Counted from the stretch's first letter, positions 1 to 8,547 are shown. The stretch is 44,335 nucleotides of DNA from a virus (IMGVR_UViG_3300049144_000093:1-44335); one strand, 5' to 3'. Notes: a model not told the origin generated them from the letters alone. Numbers and translations: made by a program.

Positions 1-146
1 TGAGCCGACCCGACACCCGCCGAACGCGATGCGGACGCGCCCGTGGTCATGACCTCGGTCACACCCCCGGCGACCTGGTTGGGCGCGCCCGCCGCGGTGT
101 CCACACTCGACAGGCGCGCCCACGACTCCGGGAACTGGTCCCACGT
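1..146. repeat. Terminal direct repeat, left copy (circular overlap)
   Basis: Identical to 44190-44335 except T127 vs A44316; a CDS reads through the junction, so this is circular closure. Confidence 0.95.
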
Positions 147-1154
147 CCGGCCATCCAGATCGCGACCGGCAGCGCCCTTACCCACGCGGAACATCGATGC
201 CCACTGGTCGAGCCGGGCGACACGAGGCAGCGCGTCGCTCCACTCACCGAGAGGACCGAGGAACCCTCGAGGTGTGGCGCTGGCCGACGGCGCGGTCCAC
301 GTCCACTCCCCACGCTGCTTGAAGTGGAACGGCACCCCCGCGCTGACGCACTGGTCGCGCAGGGAGCGGGCCCACGCCGGGTGCATCGGGCGGGCGCCCG
401 GGCCGGACTCGCCGCCGACCACCACCCAATCGACATCGCCCCCGGTTGTCCTCCGATGCGTGCGGAACCGCGCTGGAGTGTGCGGGTCGCACGGCTGGCG
501 GCTGAACTTGTGGCTAGTGCGGCACACTCGGCACCGCGCGTGCGCGCCGAGGTCGACCGGGCCGAGCAGCGGCTCACAGCTGAGCCACCGCACCGCAGCC
601 GGGGTGTCCAGCAGGGCCGGGATCCGGAGGTCGGCTCGCATCTGGTCCTCGACGGACACCCCCAGCCAGACGTTCGGCAGCGGGAAGTGCTCGGTACCGA
701 ACGCGTCGACCTCGCTCAGTCCGTGCTCCTGATGGAGACGGCGCCGGACTTCGCGGTAGAAGTCCGGCGAGCCGAGCAGCGACCGCATCCGCCCGTGCCG
801 CTTCGTGAGCACCTGATAGGTGTGGCGCGGCGTCGTCGCCATGACCGCCCACACTCGGGCGATGAACTCGTCCGACACGCCGTCGTGGAACAGGTCGCTC
901 ATCGAGTTGACGAACACCTTGCGCGGCTCGCGCCAGCCGAGCGGATCCGTCAGGGTGTCCGGGTGCTCGGTGATCCCGAAGCCCGGGCCGGACGTGCGCG
1001 GGTCGCCGTCCCGCTGGTACTTCGCCGAGCCCATGCCCTTGAGCCGCTTCGCCATCGTCAGCGCGTAGCAGTGGTCGCACCCGGGCGAGACGCGGTCGCA
1101 GCCGGTGGTCGGATTCCAGACCTTGTCGGCCCACTCGATCGAGGTGTCAGCCAC
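1..1154 (-). CDS. DUF5131 / phage Gp37-Gp68 family radical-SAM-like protein, 5' part (continues across junction to 44123; about 406 aa)
   Basis: Manual translation from GTG 1154: ADTSIEWADKVWNPTTGCDRVSPGCDHCYA...VFVNSMSDLFH...YQVLTKR...NVWLGVSVEDQ...WLSCEPLLG...DWVVVGGESGPGARPMHPAWARSLRDQC...FHFKQ...GRDLDGRTWDQFP. Missing from the ORF track because it runs off the window end. Confidence 0.93.
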   Translation of the reverse strand, partial: MADTSIEWADKVWNPTTGCDRVSPGCDHCYALTMAKRLKGMGSAKYQRDGDPRTSGPGFGITEHPDTLTDPLGWREPRKVFVNSMSDLFHDGVSDEFIARVWAVMATTPRHTYQVLTKRHGRMRSLLGSPDFYREVRRRLHQEHGLSEVDAFGTEHFPLPNVWLGVSVEDQMRADLRIPALLDTPAAVRWLSCEPLLGPVDLGAHARCRVCRTSHKFSRQPCDPHTPARFRTHRRTTGGDVDWVVVGGESGPGARPMHPAWARSLRDQCVSAGVPFHFKQRGEWTWTAPSASATPRGFLGPLGEWSDALPRVARLDQWASMFRVGKGAAGRDLDGRTWDQFPESWARLSSVDTAAGAPNQVAGGVTEVMTTGASASRSAGVGSA

Positions 1155-1503
1155 GGCCGCCCCCGTTCGCGATCTCCAACAGGACGTCGGCGTGGCAGGG
1201 CTGGTCGAGCGGGCACCAGCACACCAGGTCCTTGCCCGCCAGCTCGGCGCGGATCTCGTGCGGGTCCGGCACACGTGGCTCATCCGAGAGCGGCCAGGCG
1301 ATGGCGTACCGGTACCGGCGCACCGCGCCCTCCGCGGCGTCCACCGGGTACAGCGGGCAGTGCAGGTGCTCGACGGCGTCGCAGCGGTCCGTGTGCTGGT
1401 GCACCGTCCACGGGTTGCCCCACTTCGTCGGGCGCCCGACGTACACCGCGCCCTCCGGCGTGCGCCAGCCCGCGGTGCGGCGGCGCTGGATCCGCTCAGG
1501 CAC
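1147..1503 (-). CDS. DUF4326 domain protein
   Basis: PERIQRRRTAGWRTPEGAVYVGRPTKWGNPW...ELAGKDLVCWCPLDQPCHADVLLEIAN signature. Confidence 0.9.
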   Translation of the reverse strand: MPERIQRRRTAGWRTPEGAVYVGRPTKWGNPWTVHQHTDRCDAVEHLHCPLYPVDAAEGAVRRYRYAIAWPLSDEPRVPDPHEIRAELAGKDLVCWCPLDQPCHADVLLEIANGGGRG

Positions 1504-2485
1504 CGGACACCTCCGGCGGCCTGCCCAGGCGCTCGTCCGGCTGCCGCGCGGCGATCTGCACCGACGTCGGCACCGGCAGCAACGTCATGCCGGCCTCGGC
1601 CGGGGTGCGGTGCCCCTTGGCTTCGCTGCAGGCCGCGCAGGCGACCACGAAGTTGGCGCCGTCCTCACCGGCAGGCTGGTCGGGGTCCACGTGGTCGAAC
1701 CGGAGCACCTGGTGGCGGTCGGCGGCCCGCTCCATGCCGCGACGCAGGAGGGGACCAGAGCCGCAGTAGCGGCAACAGCCTCCGTCCCGCGTGTACGCCA
1801 GGTCCCGCAACCGGCCGTTGCGCAGGTCGGCCAGGCGGGGCGCTGGTGACACCTCCCGAGTGGACAGCCGGAACTCCCCGCACGACTCGGCCGGGAACAC
1901 CCAGTGCTCGTCGAAGGGCACCTCGCGCGGCGGCGCGCCGTTCAGCGGGTGCCAGGTGAGCACGTGCTCGCACAGCACGCCCTCGAAGTCGCTCGGCTGC
2001 GTCATCGCGTGGCAGTCCTCGGCCGGGACCGTCGCCGTGTGGCCGGCGTCGAACCGCAACGTCAGCGCGACCGAGGTCACCGTGCCCGGATAGCCACCCC
2101 ACGACACCCGGTCCCCCGCCGCGAACGCCTCAGCGATCGCCGATGCATCGGCGGCCGCCTCCCGCTCGGCCGAGCTGCGCCACGCTTCGGCAGCCTCTGC
2201 CGCGCGGGTCCGCGCCGTGCGGACCAGGTTCTCGCCCGCGATTCCGACCATGTTGATCAGGGCGGCGGGCGGGATCACCGGGTCATTGAGCGGTACCAGC
2301 GAGGCCGAGGTGACCACGAGCGCCTTGCCGACCTGCTCCATGTCCATCGTGGTGTCGAAGTCCCGGCGGAACCCGTCCGCGATCAGGTCGGCCAAGCGCG
2401 CGATCTCGCGCATCAACTCGTCGCCGTTCGCCCGCGCCCGCGCGACCTCCCGTAGACCGTCCTCGATGTCGAAGGGCGGGGTCAT
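1496..2485 (-). CDS. Hypothetical protein with C-terminal HNH-like Zn domain
   Basis: RDGGCCRYCG...FDHVDP...ANFVVACAACSEAKGHRTP; overlaps both neighbours. Confidence 0.75.
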   Translation of the reverse strand: MTPPFDIEDGLREVARARANGDELMREIARLADLIADGFRRDFDTTMDMEQVGKALVVTSASLVPLNDPVIPPAALINMVGIAGENLVRTARTRAAEAAEAWRSSAEREAAADASAIAEAFAAGDRVSWGGYPGTVTSVALTLRFDAGHTATVPAEDCHAMTQPSDFEGVLCEHVLTWHPLNGAPPREVPFDEHWVFPAESCGEFRLSTREVSPAPRLADLRNGRLRDLAYTRDGGCCRYCGSGPLLRRGMERAADRHQVLRFDHVDPDQPAGEDGANFVVACAACSEAKGHRTPAEAGMTLLPVPTSVQIAARQPDERLGRPPEVSGA

Positions 2486-2949
2486 GCTGCTGCTCCTCGT
2501 CTGGTGGGGGTGACCGATCCGTCCTCACCCAGCAGCGCCCAGGCGCCGCGGTACAGGACCGGCCGGTCCAACATGTCCAGCTCGTTCGCCTTCAGCGCCC
2601 AGCGCTTCACGCGGGCCGCGCTCGGGTAGCGGTGCGTCCACTCGTGACATGCACGGCACGCGTCCAGCCCGTTACGCGGGGACCACGGGCCGCCCTGGCC
2701 CTCGCGGATCCGGTGGGAGAAGTCCAGCGCGCGGCCCCAGCACAGGCCCGGTACCTGGATCTCACAGACCCCGCCGGACCGCTCCCGAACGGTGTCCTTC
2801 GCCGCCTTCTCCTCCGGCGACATCACCGGCACCGACGCCTTGAACGCGCGCCGCTTCAGGCCGGCCTTCCGCTTCAGCTCCGCCTTCCGGACCAGCGGGC
2901 CGCCCGGACGCAACGCAGTCCGGCGGCGCAACGGCTTGCCGGGCTTCAC
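2482..2949 (-). CDS. HNH-type endonuclease
   Basis: VRERSGGVCE...C...SHRIREGQGG...NGLDACRACHEWTH; GTG start in a GTGA overlap. Confidence 0.75.
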   Translation of the reverse strand: MKPGKPLRRRTALRPGGPLVRKAELKRKAGLKRRAFKASVPVMSPEEKAAKDTVRERSGGVCEIQVPGLCWGRALDFSHRIREGQGGPWSPRNGLDACRACHEWTHRYPSAARVKRWALKANELDMLDRPVLYRGAWALLGEDGSVTPTRRGAAA

Positions 2950-3527
2950 GCCGCCACCATCGCGAGGTCGAGGTCCCACAGGCCCTGGCGGCCGCGCATC
3001 GGCACCGGCTCAGCCAGCGGGCGGATGTCGCGGAGGCGCCAGTGGTTCTGGCCGATCCCGGCCCAGCGGCTGCAGCGGCACCGCGCCGAGTCGGTGCAGA
3101 TGTCCCACAGGTCGGCGACCGCGATCACCGCGCCGAGGGCGGTCAGGTGCCGGTCCGGGACCAGCGCGTCCATACTCGGCAGGACACCCAGCTCAACGAG
3201 CATGCTCTTGACCATGTCCACGCTGTCCAGGTCGACCGTGCGGCCGGAGTGGATCGCCAGCGGCCCGCGGTAGCGGGTGGTCCAGCCGCGGTTCTCCTCC
3301 GGCTTGTGGTCAGAGGCGATGCACCACGCCCACGGCTGCTTCACCGTGATTGCCTTGATCCGCTGGATATTCGCGACGCAGCCGCACGCCATGCACAGGA
3401 AGTCGGTCGGCTTCCGGGTGCCACGCCCCGCCAATTCCGGCTCGCCGCATGCCGGGCACGCAACTGCCGACCACGGCTGCGGCTTCATCGGGTCGTGGCC
3501 CTGCCACGACATCAGGCCCGCCTTCAC
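2946..3527 (-). CDS. ASCH domain protein with N-terminal Zn ribbon
   Basis: KAITVKQPWAWCIASDHKPEENRGWTTRYRGPLAIHSG...GAVIAVADL...HWRLRDIRPLAEPVPMRGRQGLW; CPAC/CMAC ribbon. Confidence 0.88.
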   Translation of the reverse strand: MKAGLMSWQGHDPMKPQPWSAVACPACGEPELAGRGTRKPTDFLCMACGCVANIQRIKAITVKQPWAWCIASDHKPEENRGWTTRYRGPLAIHSGRTVDLDSVDMVKSMLVELGVLPSMDALVPDRHLTALGAVIAVADLWDICTDSARCRCSRWAGIGQNHWRLRDIRPLAEPVPMRGRQGLWDLDLAMVAA

Positions 3528-3991
3528 CGGTCACCTCCCGGCAGCGGGGCCGGCTCGATCAGTCCGGCGTGGGCGCACAGCGCCAGCAGGTGCGCGCTCG
3601 ACGCGGCGCCGGCCCGCTTGCACGCGCGACTCATCCGCATCGACACCGACTGCGGCGTGACGCCCAGGCCCTTCGCGATCCGCCGCACGGTGTGGCCCTC
3701 GGCCACGCCCTGGAGCACCCGCAGGACCCATTCGTCCACGCCCGGTATCGACACTCGGAAGTCAGGGCCGCCGTGCGCGGCGAGCAGGTCGAGCGCGGCC
3801 CGGCCGCCCTGGTCGCGGCACAGCTGGCCGTCCAGCTTGCGAGCCACCTGCAGCTGCTCGATCGTGGGCGGCGCACCGTTGAACAGGTGCACGAACCGGG
3901 ACACTTCGTGGGTGCCCCGCACCACCAGCACCACCACCGGGTCCGGGCCGAAGTCCGTCGGCTCGTGGTAGACGCGGGAGTCGTAGCTCAC
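3524..3991 (-). CDS. LuxR-type HTH DNA-binding protein
   Basis: C-terminal [38 protein letters not shown]...GLI. Confidence 0.75.
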   Translation of the reverse strand: MSYDSRVYHEPTDFGPDPVVVLVVRGTHEVSRFVHLFNGAPPTIEQLQVARKLDGQLCRDQGGRAALDLLAAHGGPDFRVSIPGVDEWVLRVLQGVAEGHTVRRIAKGLGVTPQSVSMRMSRACKRAGAASSAHLLALCAHAGLIEPAPLPGGDR

Positions 3992-5040
3992 CGGTCACCT
4001 CCGGTGTTGCGGATCTGCTCGAGCACGTCGGGCAGCTGCTCGGCCGTGACCAACACGTCGCGGGCGCGGCTGCCCTCCTGGGGGCCGACGACGCCGAGCC
4101 GCTGCAAGTCGTCCATGAGCCGACCGGCCTTGGCGAACCCGACCCGCAGCTTGCGCTGCACCAGCGACGTCGACCCGAACTGCGACTCGAGCACCAGCTC
4201 GGCGGCCTGCGCCAGCAGGTCCGGGTCGGCGAAGGTGATCGAGTCGTCCAGGTCGACCCGCTCGACATCAGCGGGCACGGGCGCCACGCGGGGCGGCAGC
4301 TTCGGGTCGTACACGCGGGCGTCCGGCACGGTGCCGTTCGCGCGCTGGGTCGGGCCGTCCGCGTAGCCGCGGGGCACGATCGCGCCCCGGTAGTACGGGC
4401 CGATCTGGACATGCACCGGCAGCCGGTGGTGGCGGGTGTAGGTCTCCACGTCGAAGCCGCGGCGCTTCCCGATCGCCACGAACGGGCGCAGGTCGTCCGG
4501 GTCGTAGTCCACCCGCGGCAGCGTGGCCACGTCGCGGCCGCCGTCCTCGACGGTCGGCGGGGCGAGCTGGTCGCCGGCGGCGAGCAGCGCCCACCAGCCG
4601 CGCGGGTAGTCGTTCAGGTCGCCGAGCGGGATGCGGGTCGACCACAGCTTGTTGTCGCCGAACAGGGTGCCCTGCGCTGGGTCCTCCACCAGCTCGACGT
4701 GCTCGCCGTCGATCCGCACCTTCACCGCGTGCCGGTCGGCGTCGGCGTCCTTGTCCCGCTTCACGAACTCCTTCAGCGTGCCGATCAGCGGGCGGACGTG
4801 CTCGATCGGCCACAGCATCGGCGGGAGGTGACCCTCGGTGCGGACGTAGGCGTGGCCGCACGTGGTGCCGTTCGCCGACGTGCCTACCAGCACGTCGGTC
4901 GCGCCCGCGCTCTCCCCGTACAGCTGGCCGCGGTCGGTGTGCAGCAGCACCGCCGCGAGCGGCCCGTCGTCCGCCTTCGGCATCGCCGTCTGGGCCAGGT
5001 CCTGCAGCAGGACCAGCAGCGCCTCGGACTCGACCCTCAT
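3988..5040 (-). CDS. Sliding-clamp-like protein fused to a C-terminal FtsK gamma domain
   Basis: C-terminus [59 protein letters not shown] is a classic FtsK-gamma sequence; the N-terminus loosely resembles a DnaN-like fold; ATG 5040 in an ATGA overlap. Confidence 0.75.
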   Translation of the reverse strand: MRVESEALLVLLQDLAQTAMPKADDGPLAAVLLHTDRGQLYGESAGATDVLVGTSANGTTCGHAYVRTEGHLPPMLWPIEHVRPLIGTLKEFVKRDKDADADRHAVKVRIDGEHVELVEDPAQGTLFGDNKLWSTRIPLGDLNDYPRGWWALLAAGDQLAPPTVEDGGRDVATLPRVDYDPDDLRPFVAIGKRRGFDVETYTRHHRLPVHVQIGPYYRGAIVPRGYADGPTQRANGTVPDARVYDPKLPPRVAPVPADVERVDLDDSITFADPDLLAQAAELVLESQFGSTSLVQRKLRVGFAKAGRLMDDLQRLGVVGPQEGSRARDVLVTAEQLPDVLEQIRNTGGDR

Positions 5041-5297
5041 CGCCGCACCTCCCCGTTCAGCGCGGCCTTGATCTCGGCCAGGGTCTGCACCCGCCAGCCC
5101 ACGACGCCGCTGTCCATCCGGTACGACTCGCCGTGGATGCGCCTGCCGGTGATCGGCACCCACGGGGCGAGGACCCGGGCCGTCCGCAGCACGCGCAGCG
5201 CCTGCGGGTCAGCCGGGTCGTGCTCCGGGTGCACCAGCACCGTCAGCACCGGCAGCGCGGCGGGGTTGGCCACCCGCACCGGGTCCACTCTGGTCAC
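5037..5297 (-). CDS. Hypothetical protein
   Basis: GTG ACC AGA start and 4-nt overlaps at both ends. Confidence 0.6.
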   Translation of the reverse strand: MTRVDPVRVANPAALPVLTVLVHPEHDPADPQALRVLRTARVLAPWVPITGRRIHGESYRMDSGVVGWRVQTLAEIKAALNGEVRR

Positions 5298-5629
5298 TGG
5301 GCTGCTCCGATCAGGACAGAGAAGGCGACGAACAGGGAGGCGAGGAGGACCGCCGCCTTCGGGCCGCCGTCCTCGCTCCGGTAGAACCGCACGGCCAGTC
5401 CCACCGCCCAGGCGAAGACCTCGGCGAGGGTGCGGCGGCCGTCCGCGCGGTGCCGGGACTCGCGGGCGTGGTGCGGCGCCGGCGGCGCGGCGTGGGGCAG
5501 GCCGGCGCGGCGGTCGTCCCGCCGCTCCAGCACCGCCAGCGTCACCCGGAACACCGCCAGCGCCACGGCGGTGAACGAGCCGACCAGCACACCGATCAGC
5601 AGGGCGGCCGCCCGCGTGGACGAGGTCAT
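5294..5629 (-). CDS. Hypothetical membrane protein
   Basis: MTSSTRAAALLIGVLVGSFTAVALAVF... two or three hydrophobic segments; coupled overlaps. Confidence 0.65.
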   Translation of the reverse strand: MTSSTRAAALLIGVLVGSFTAVALAVFRVTLAVLERRDDRRAGLPHAAPPAPHHARESRHRADGRRTLAEVFAWAVGLAVRFYRSEDGGPKAAVLLASLFVAFSVLIGAAQ

Positions 5630-6315
5630 GACGCCTCCCCACGCAGGACCGCGCGAGCCGCGTCGACCAGGCACGCCAGGTCCATCCACGCGATCGGCCC
5701 GACCATGCCGTCCGGGTCGCCGTGCCCGACCGTGAGAGCGAGGGCGCGCTCGACGGCGCCCTCCACGGCGGCCGGGGCCCACATCACGGTCAGCGTGCGG
5801 GAGCCCCGCCCGGTCTCCGCGTCGCCGGCACGCGGCAGCGGGGCACCGTCGGGGCGGGCGTGGCGCCCGCTCGGCTCGCCCGCCGCGATCCCGGCCGCGG
5901 CCAGCTCGCCGCGCAGCCGCTCGGCGACCTCGTGCCTGGCGTGCCCGAGGTCGCCGAGCCGGGTCGCCTCGGCCACCGCCTGGGCGAGGGCAGCGCCGGC
6001 CTGCTCCAGCTGCAGGCGTGCGTCAGCCAGCTCGGCGCGGGCCTGGTCCAGCTGCAGCCGGGTCGCCGCGAGGTCGGCGGCGCGCTGCACGTGCGCCTGC
6101 TCGACGCCGTGCTCGGCCAGCCACGGCGCCACGAACGCCGCCAGCCAGCACGCCTGCCGCTCCATGTCCGCGCCGCGCGCGGCCGCCAGCGTCAGCACCG
6201 AGGTGAACGACTCGGTGAGAGAGCGGAGCGTCTCGGCGGGCAGCACCTGCGACATGTCCACCGCCTCCGAGGCGAGGTCGCCCGTGGTCACTCCATCGGT
6301 CGCGGGCACGGTCAC
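5626..6315 (-). CDS. Hypothetical coiled-coil protein
   Basis: Central heptad-rich stretch (LQLDQARAELADARLQLEQ); GTGA/ATGA overlaps. Confidence 0.65.
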   Translation of the reverse strand: MTVPATDGVTTGDLASEAVDMSQVLPAETLRSLTESFTSVLTLAAARGADMERQACWLAAFVAPWLAEHGVEQAHVQRAADLAATRLQLDQARAELADARLQLEQAGAALAQAVAEATRLGDLGHARHEVAERLRGELAAAGIAAGEPSGRHARPDGAPLPRAGDAETGRGSRTLTVMWAPAAVEGAVERALALTVGHGDPDGMVGPIAWMDLACLVDAARAVLRGEAS

Positions 6316-6446
6316 TCCTCCCACTCGAAGCCGCAGTCCTGGCACTGCCACCGGCCGGCCTTCAAGGACCTGATGTCGTCGCTGTCGCAGGACGGGCAGG
6401 TGCGCTTGTTCCACGTCTCGTCGACGCTGTTCCACCACCTACCCAC
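6312..6446 (-). CDS. Small Zn-ribbon protein (44 aa)
   Basis: GRWWNSVDETWNKRTCPSCDSDDIRSLKAGRWQCQDCGFEWEE. Confidence 0.6.
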   Translation of the reverse strand: MGRWWNSVDETWNKRTCPSCDSDDIRSLKAGRWQCQDCGFEWEE

Positions 6447-6513
6447 GGCGACCACCGCGCTTCTGCTGCTTGGCGGCGAGCGCGTCGACCGTGCGCTTCT
6501 GCGGCCTAGCCAC
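6439..6513 (-). CDS. Putative basic micropeptide (24 aa)
   Basis: MARPQKRTVDALAAKQQKRGGRRG; overlaps the ORFs on both sides by 8 nt. Confidence 0.4.
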   Translation of the reverse strand: MARPQKRTVDALAAKQQKRGGRRG

Positions 6514-6664
6514 GGGTCCGCGCTCCGCAGTGCAGGCACGAGCCGTTGTAGTCGCTGTGGTCACCGGAGTGCTGCGAGGTCGAGCAGCCGCAGTAGTTAC
6601 AGTCGCTCGTCTTGTTGCCCTTGTCGTCGAACGTGCACGACGGCGGCACGGTGTGCTGCTTCAC
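6506..6664 (-). CDS. Small Cys/His-rich protein (52 aa)
   Basis: MKQHTVPPSCTFDDKGNKTSDCNYCGCSTSQHSGDHSDYNGSCLHCGARTRG; GTGA overlap with the upstream stop. Confidence 0.55.
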   Translation of the reverse strand: MKQHTVPPSCTFDDKGNKTSDCNYCGCSTSQHSGDHSDYNGSCLHCGARTRG

Positions 6665-6993
6665 TGGCTCACCGCCAGCAGGTCACGCGACGCGTACCCG
6701 GACTGATCGAGTACCGCGGCCAGTCCCGGCCCGGCCGAGTCGTCGAGCGCCGCGCACAAGTCGCATGCTTGGCCGTCGGGGACCGAGTGCCCGCGGGGGC
6801 ACGTCCAGCGAGCCGTCGGCGCGGCCGCGGGCTGCTCCCGCCAGTCGAACCCCGGGCAGCCGCGGCCCGTGGGCGACGGACGGCCCGCCGCCCACGCCGA
6901 CGCCCCACCCGCGAGCACCAGCAGCGCGACCACGGCCAGCAGCACCCACACGGCGAAGGCGTCCGGGGACACGTAGTTCGAGGCCGCGGTCAT
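6661..6993 (-). CDS. Membrane protein with a Cys cluster
   Basis: N-terminal TM (AVWVLLAVVALLVLAGG); CPRGH...CDLC. Confidence 0.6.
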   Translation of the reverse strand: MTAASNYVSPDAFAVWVLLAVVALLVLAGGASAWAAGRPSPTGRGCPGFDWREQPAAAPTARWTCPRGHSVPDGQACDLCAALDDSAGPGLAAVLDQSGYASRDLLAVSQ

Positions 6994-7412
6994 GCCGACA
7001 CCGCCTCAGCGTCGGCCGCCGCGACGAGCTGGCGCAGCAGGTCAAGCGGGAACGCCGCGGACTCCACATCCACGTTCGCCTTGATCAGGTCGAAGTAGCG
7101 GCCGCGCGCGAGCGTGCGGACCCGCACGCCGGTGCCGTCGGCGAGCGTCCCCTCGAGCTGCAGGTGGATCGTGCTGTTGGCCTCGTCGACGCCGTGGATG
7201 GTGACGGTGTCGACGGCGCCGATCGTGCGGGACCAGGCGACGAGTGCACCCAGGTGGTGCCAGTGGTCGTAGTCGCCCACGAACACGGACACCCGCACCG
7301 AGTCGACCTGCGCCTCGATGTCGATCGCGCCGACCAGGCTCAGGATGTCCGGGTGGGAGTCGAGGTGGTCGAGCACCGCGGCGAGCGCGGGACGCGAGTC
7401 CTGGAGAGCCAT
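6990..7412 (-). CDS. Hypothetical protein
   Basis: MALQDSRPALAAVLDHLDSHP..., protein-like composition, ATGA overlap. Confidence 0.65.
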   Translation of the reverse strand: MALQDSRPALAAVLDHLDSHPDILSLVGAIDIEAQVDSVRVSVFVGDYDHWHHLGALVAWSRTIGAVDTVTIHGVDEANSTIHLQLEGTLADGTGVRVRTLARGRYFDLIKANVDVESAAFPLDLLRQLVAAADAEAVSA

Positions 7413-7417
7413 GCCGG

Positions 7418-7621
7418 TCACCGCCCCTGGCGTGCGCGCTGGGCGGCACGGGACGCGCGGATGCGGAAGCAGGGGTTGGTGCGGGTGCGGTAGGCGACCG
7501 AGTCGCCGCGCACGAACCGGCCGGTACCCGACAACGTGGCACGCACGAACGGCGCGGCGCGCTCGATGAACTCCTCGTCCTCGGCGACGATGTCCGGGGC
7601 GATACCCTGGGAACTGGTCAT
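7418..7621 (-). CDS. Hypothetical protein
   Basis: 67 aa ORF preceded by an AAAGGA RBS-like motif. Confidence 0.55.
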   Translation of the reverse strand: MTSSQGIAPDIVAEDEEFIERAAPFVRATLSGTGRFVRGDSVAYRTRTNPCFRIRASRAAQRARQGR

Positions 7622-7732
7622 TGGGATTGGGTCCTTTCCTGATGGTCACCGGGTCGGCGCTTGCTCCGCCGGCCCGACTCATGTCCGGGGGCTGATTCAG
7701 TACTCGCGGTCGCTCACCGCCACCCCCTCGCG

Positions 7733-7852
7733 CTACTCGTCGAGGGCGTCGCGCAGCCCGTCGACCAGGTCCTGCGCGTCCGATGCGGACAGCTCCCCCG
7801 CCGCAGCCGCAGCCGACCGGCGGACCTCGTCCGGGTCGATGGGGGCGCTCAC
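7733..7852 (-). CDS. Small hypothetical protein (39 aa)
   Basis: GTG start overlapping the xis stop; SAPIDPDEVRRSAAAAAGELSASDAQDLVDGLRDALDE. Confidence 0.4.
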   Translation of the reverse strand: MSAPIDPDEVRRSAAAAAGELSASDAQDLVDGLRDALDE

Positions 7853-8133
7853 GCGGGGCGCCTGTGTCCGTCGAGGACAACCACGTCGGCCGTCTCCGCG
7901 CGGGCAAGCAACTGGTCGATTGCGACCGAGGGCACGACGTGCAGTCGGCCGACCTTCAACGCCTGCAACTCGCCGGCGTGAATGAGGTCGAGCACCACCT
8001 CGTAGCCAATACCGGTCATCTCGGCGACCTCGGCAGGCCGATACGCCCGCCGCTCTGGCTGCCGGACGGCCTTGTCCAACCGCTGCACCGCCGTCGTGAG
8101 TTTCTCCAGCGCGGCGAGGATCGCGGCGCTCAT
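7849..8133 (-). CDS. xis: Excisionase-like HTH_17 protein
   Basis: AYRPAEVAEMTGIGYEVVLDLIHAGELQALKVGRLHVVPSVAIDQLL; second gene of the early lytic operon. Confidence 0.8.
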   Translation of the reverse strand: MSAAILAALEKLTTAVQRLDKAVRQPERRAYRPAEVAEMTGIGYEVVLDLIHAGELQALKVGRLHVVPSVAIDQLLARAETADVVVLDGHRRPA

Positions 8134-8459
8134 GCCGCGCCCGCCTGGACCGCGTCCTTTGTGGGCGGGGCCAGCGGCTCGTTCGCGGGGCGGACAGGCG
8201 GCAACGGTTCCGGCGAGACGTGCTCGGACTGCCGCCGATCTTCGCCTTCGCGCTTGATGATCCGTTCGCCGCGCAGCACCTCGTCCGCGGTCCAGCCGAT
8301 GACCTCCCCGATGCGCGTCGCGGCCGCCTTACTGAGGGCGTCACCTGCGATGGCGTTCGTGATGGTCTTCGGCGCCAGGCCGGTGCGCTTGGCGAGCGTC
8401 TTACGGGTGATGCCCATCGACGTGTACGCCTCGCGCACTTTGTCCCGTCGTTCTGCCAT
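8130..8459 (-). CDS. Cro-like XRE HTH regulator
   Basis: GITRKTLAKRTGLAPKTITNAIAG; divergent from the repressor. Confidence 0.8.
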   Translation of the reverse strand: MAERRDKVREAYTSMGITRKTLAKRTGLAPKTITNAIAGDALSKAAATRIGEVIGWTADEVLRGERIIKREGEDRRQSEHVSPEPLPPVRPANEPLAPPTKDAVQAGAA

Positions 8460-8547
8460 GTGCCGAACTATGCCGAAAATAGCCTAAGTTTGTCAAGCGT
8501 CGTTGGGCCTTGCGCTCATACGGCAGTCTCAGGCACTATTCGGCATA
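8460..8547. promoter_or_regulatory. Lysis/lysogeny switch: leftward promoter plus TGCCGAA operator-like repeats
   Basis: Minus-strand TTGACA (8496-8491), 18 bp, CATAGT (8472-8467), 7 nt before the cro ATG; TGCCGAA at 8461 and 8471; inverted TTCGGCATA at 8539-8547. Confidence 0.65.

Noticed and set aside
1-146. Biological direct terminal repeat or attL/attR pair
   Set aside because: It falls inside a gene that reads through the junction; attP and a candidate packaging site are elsewhere
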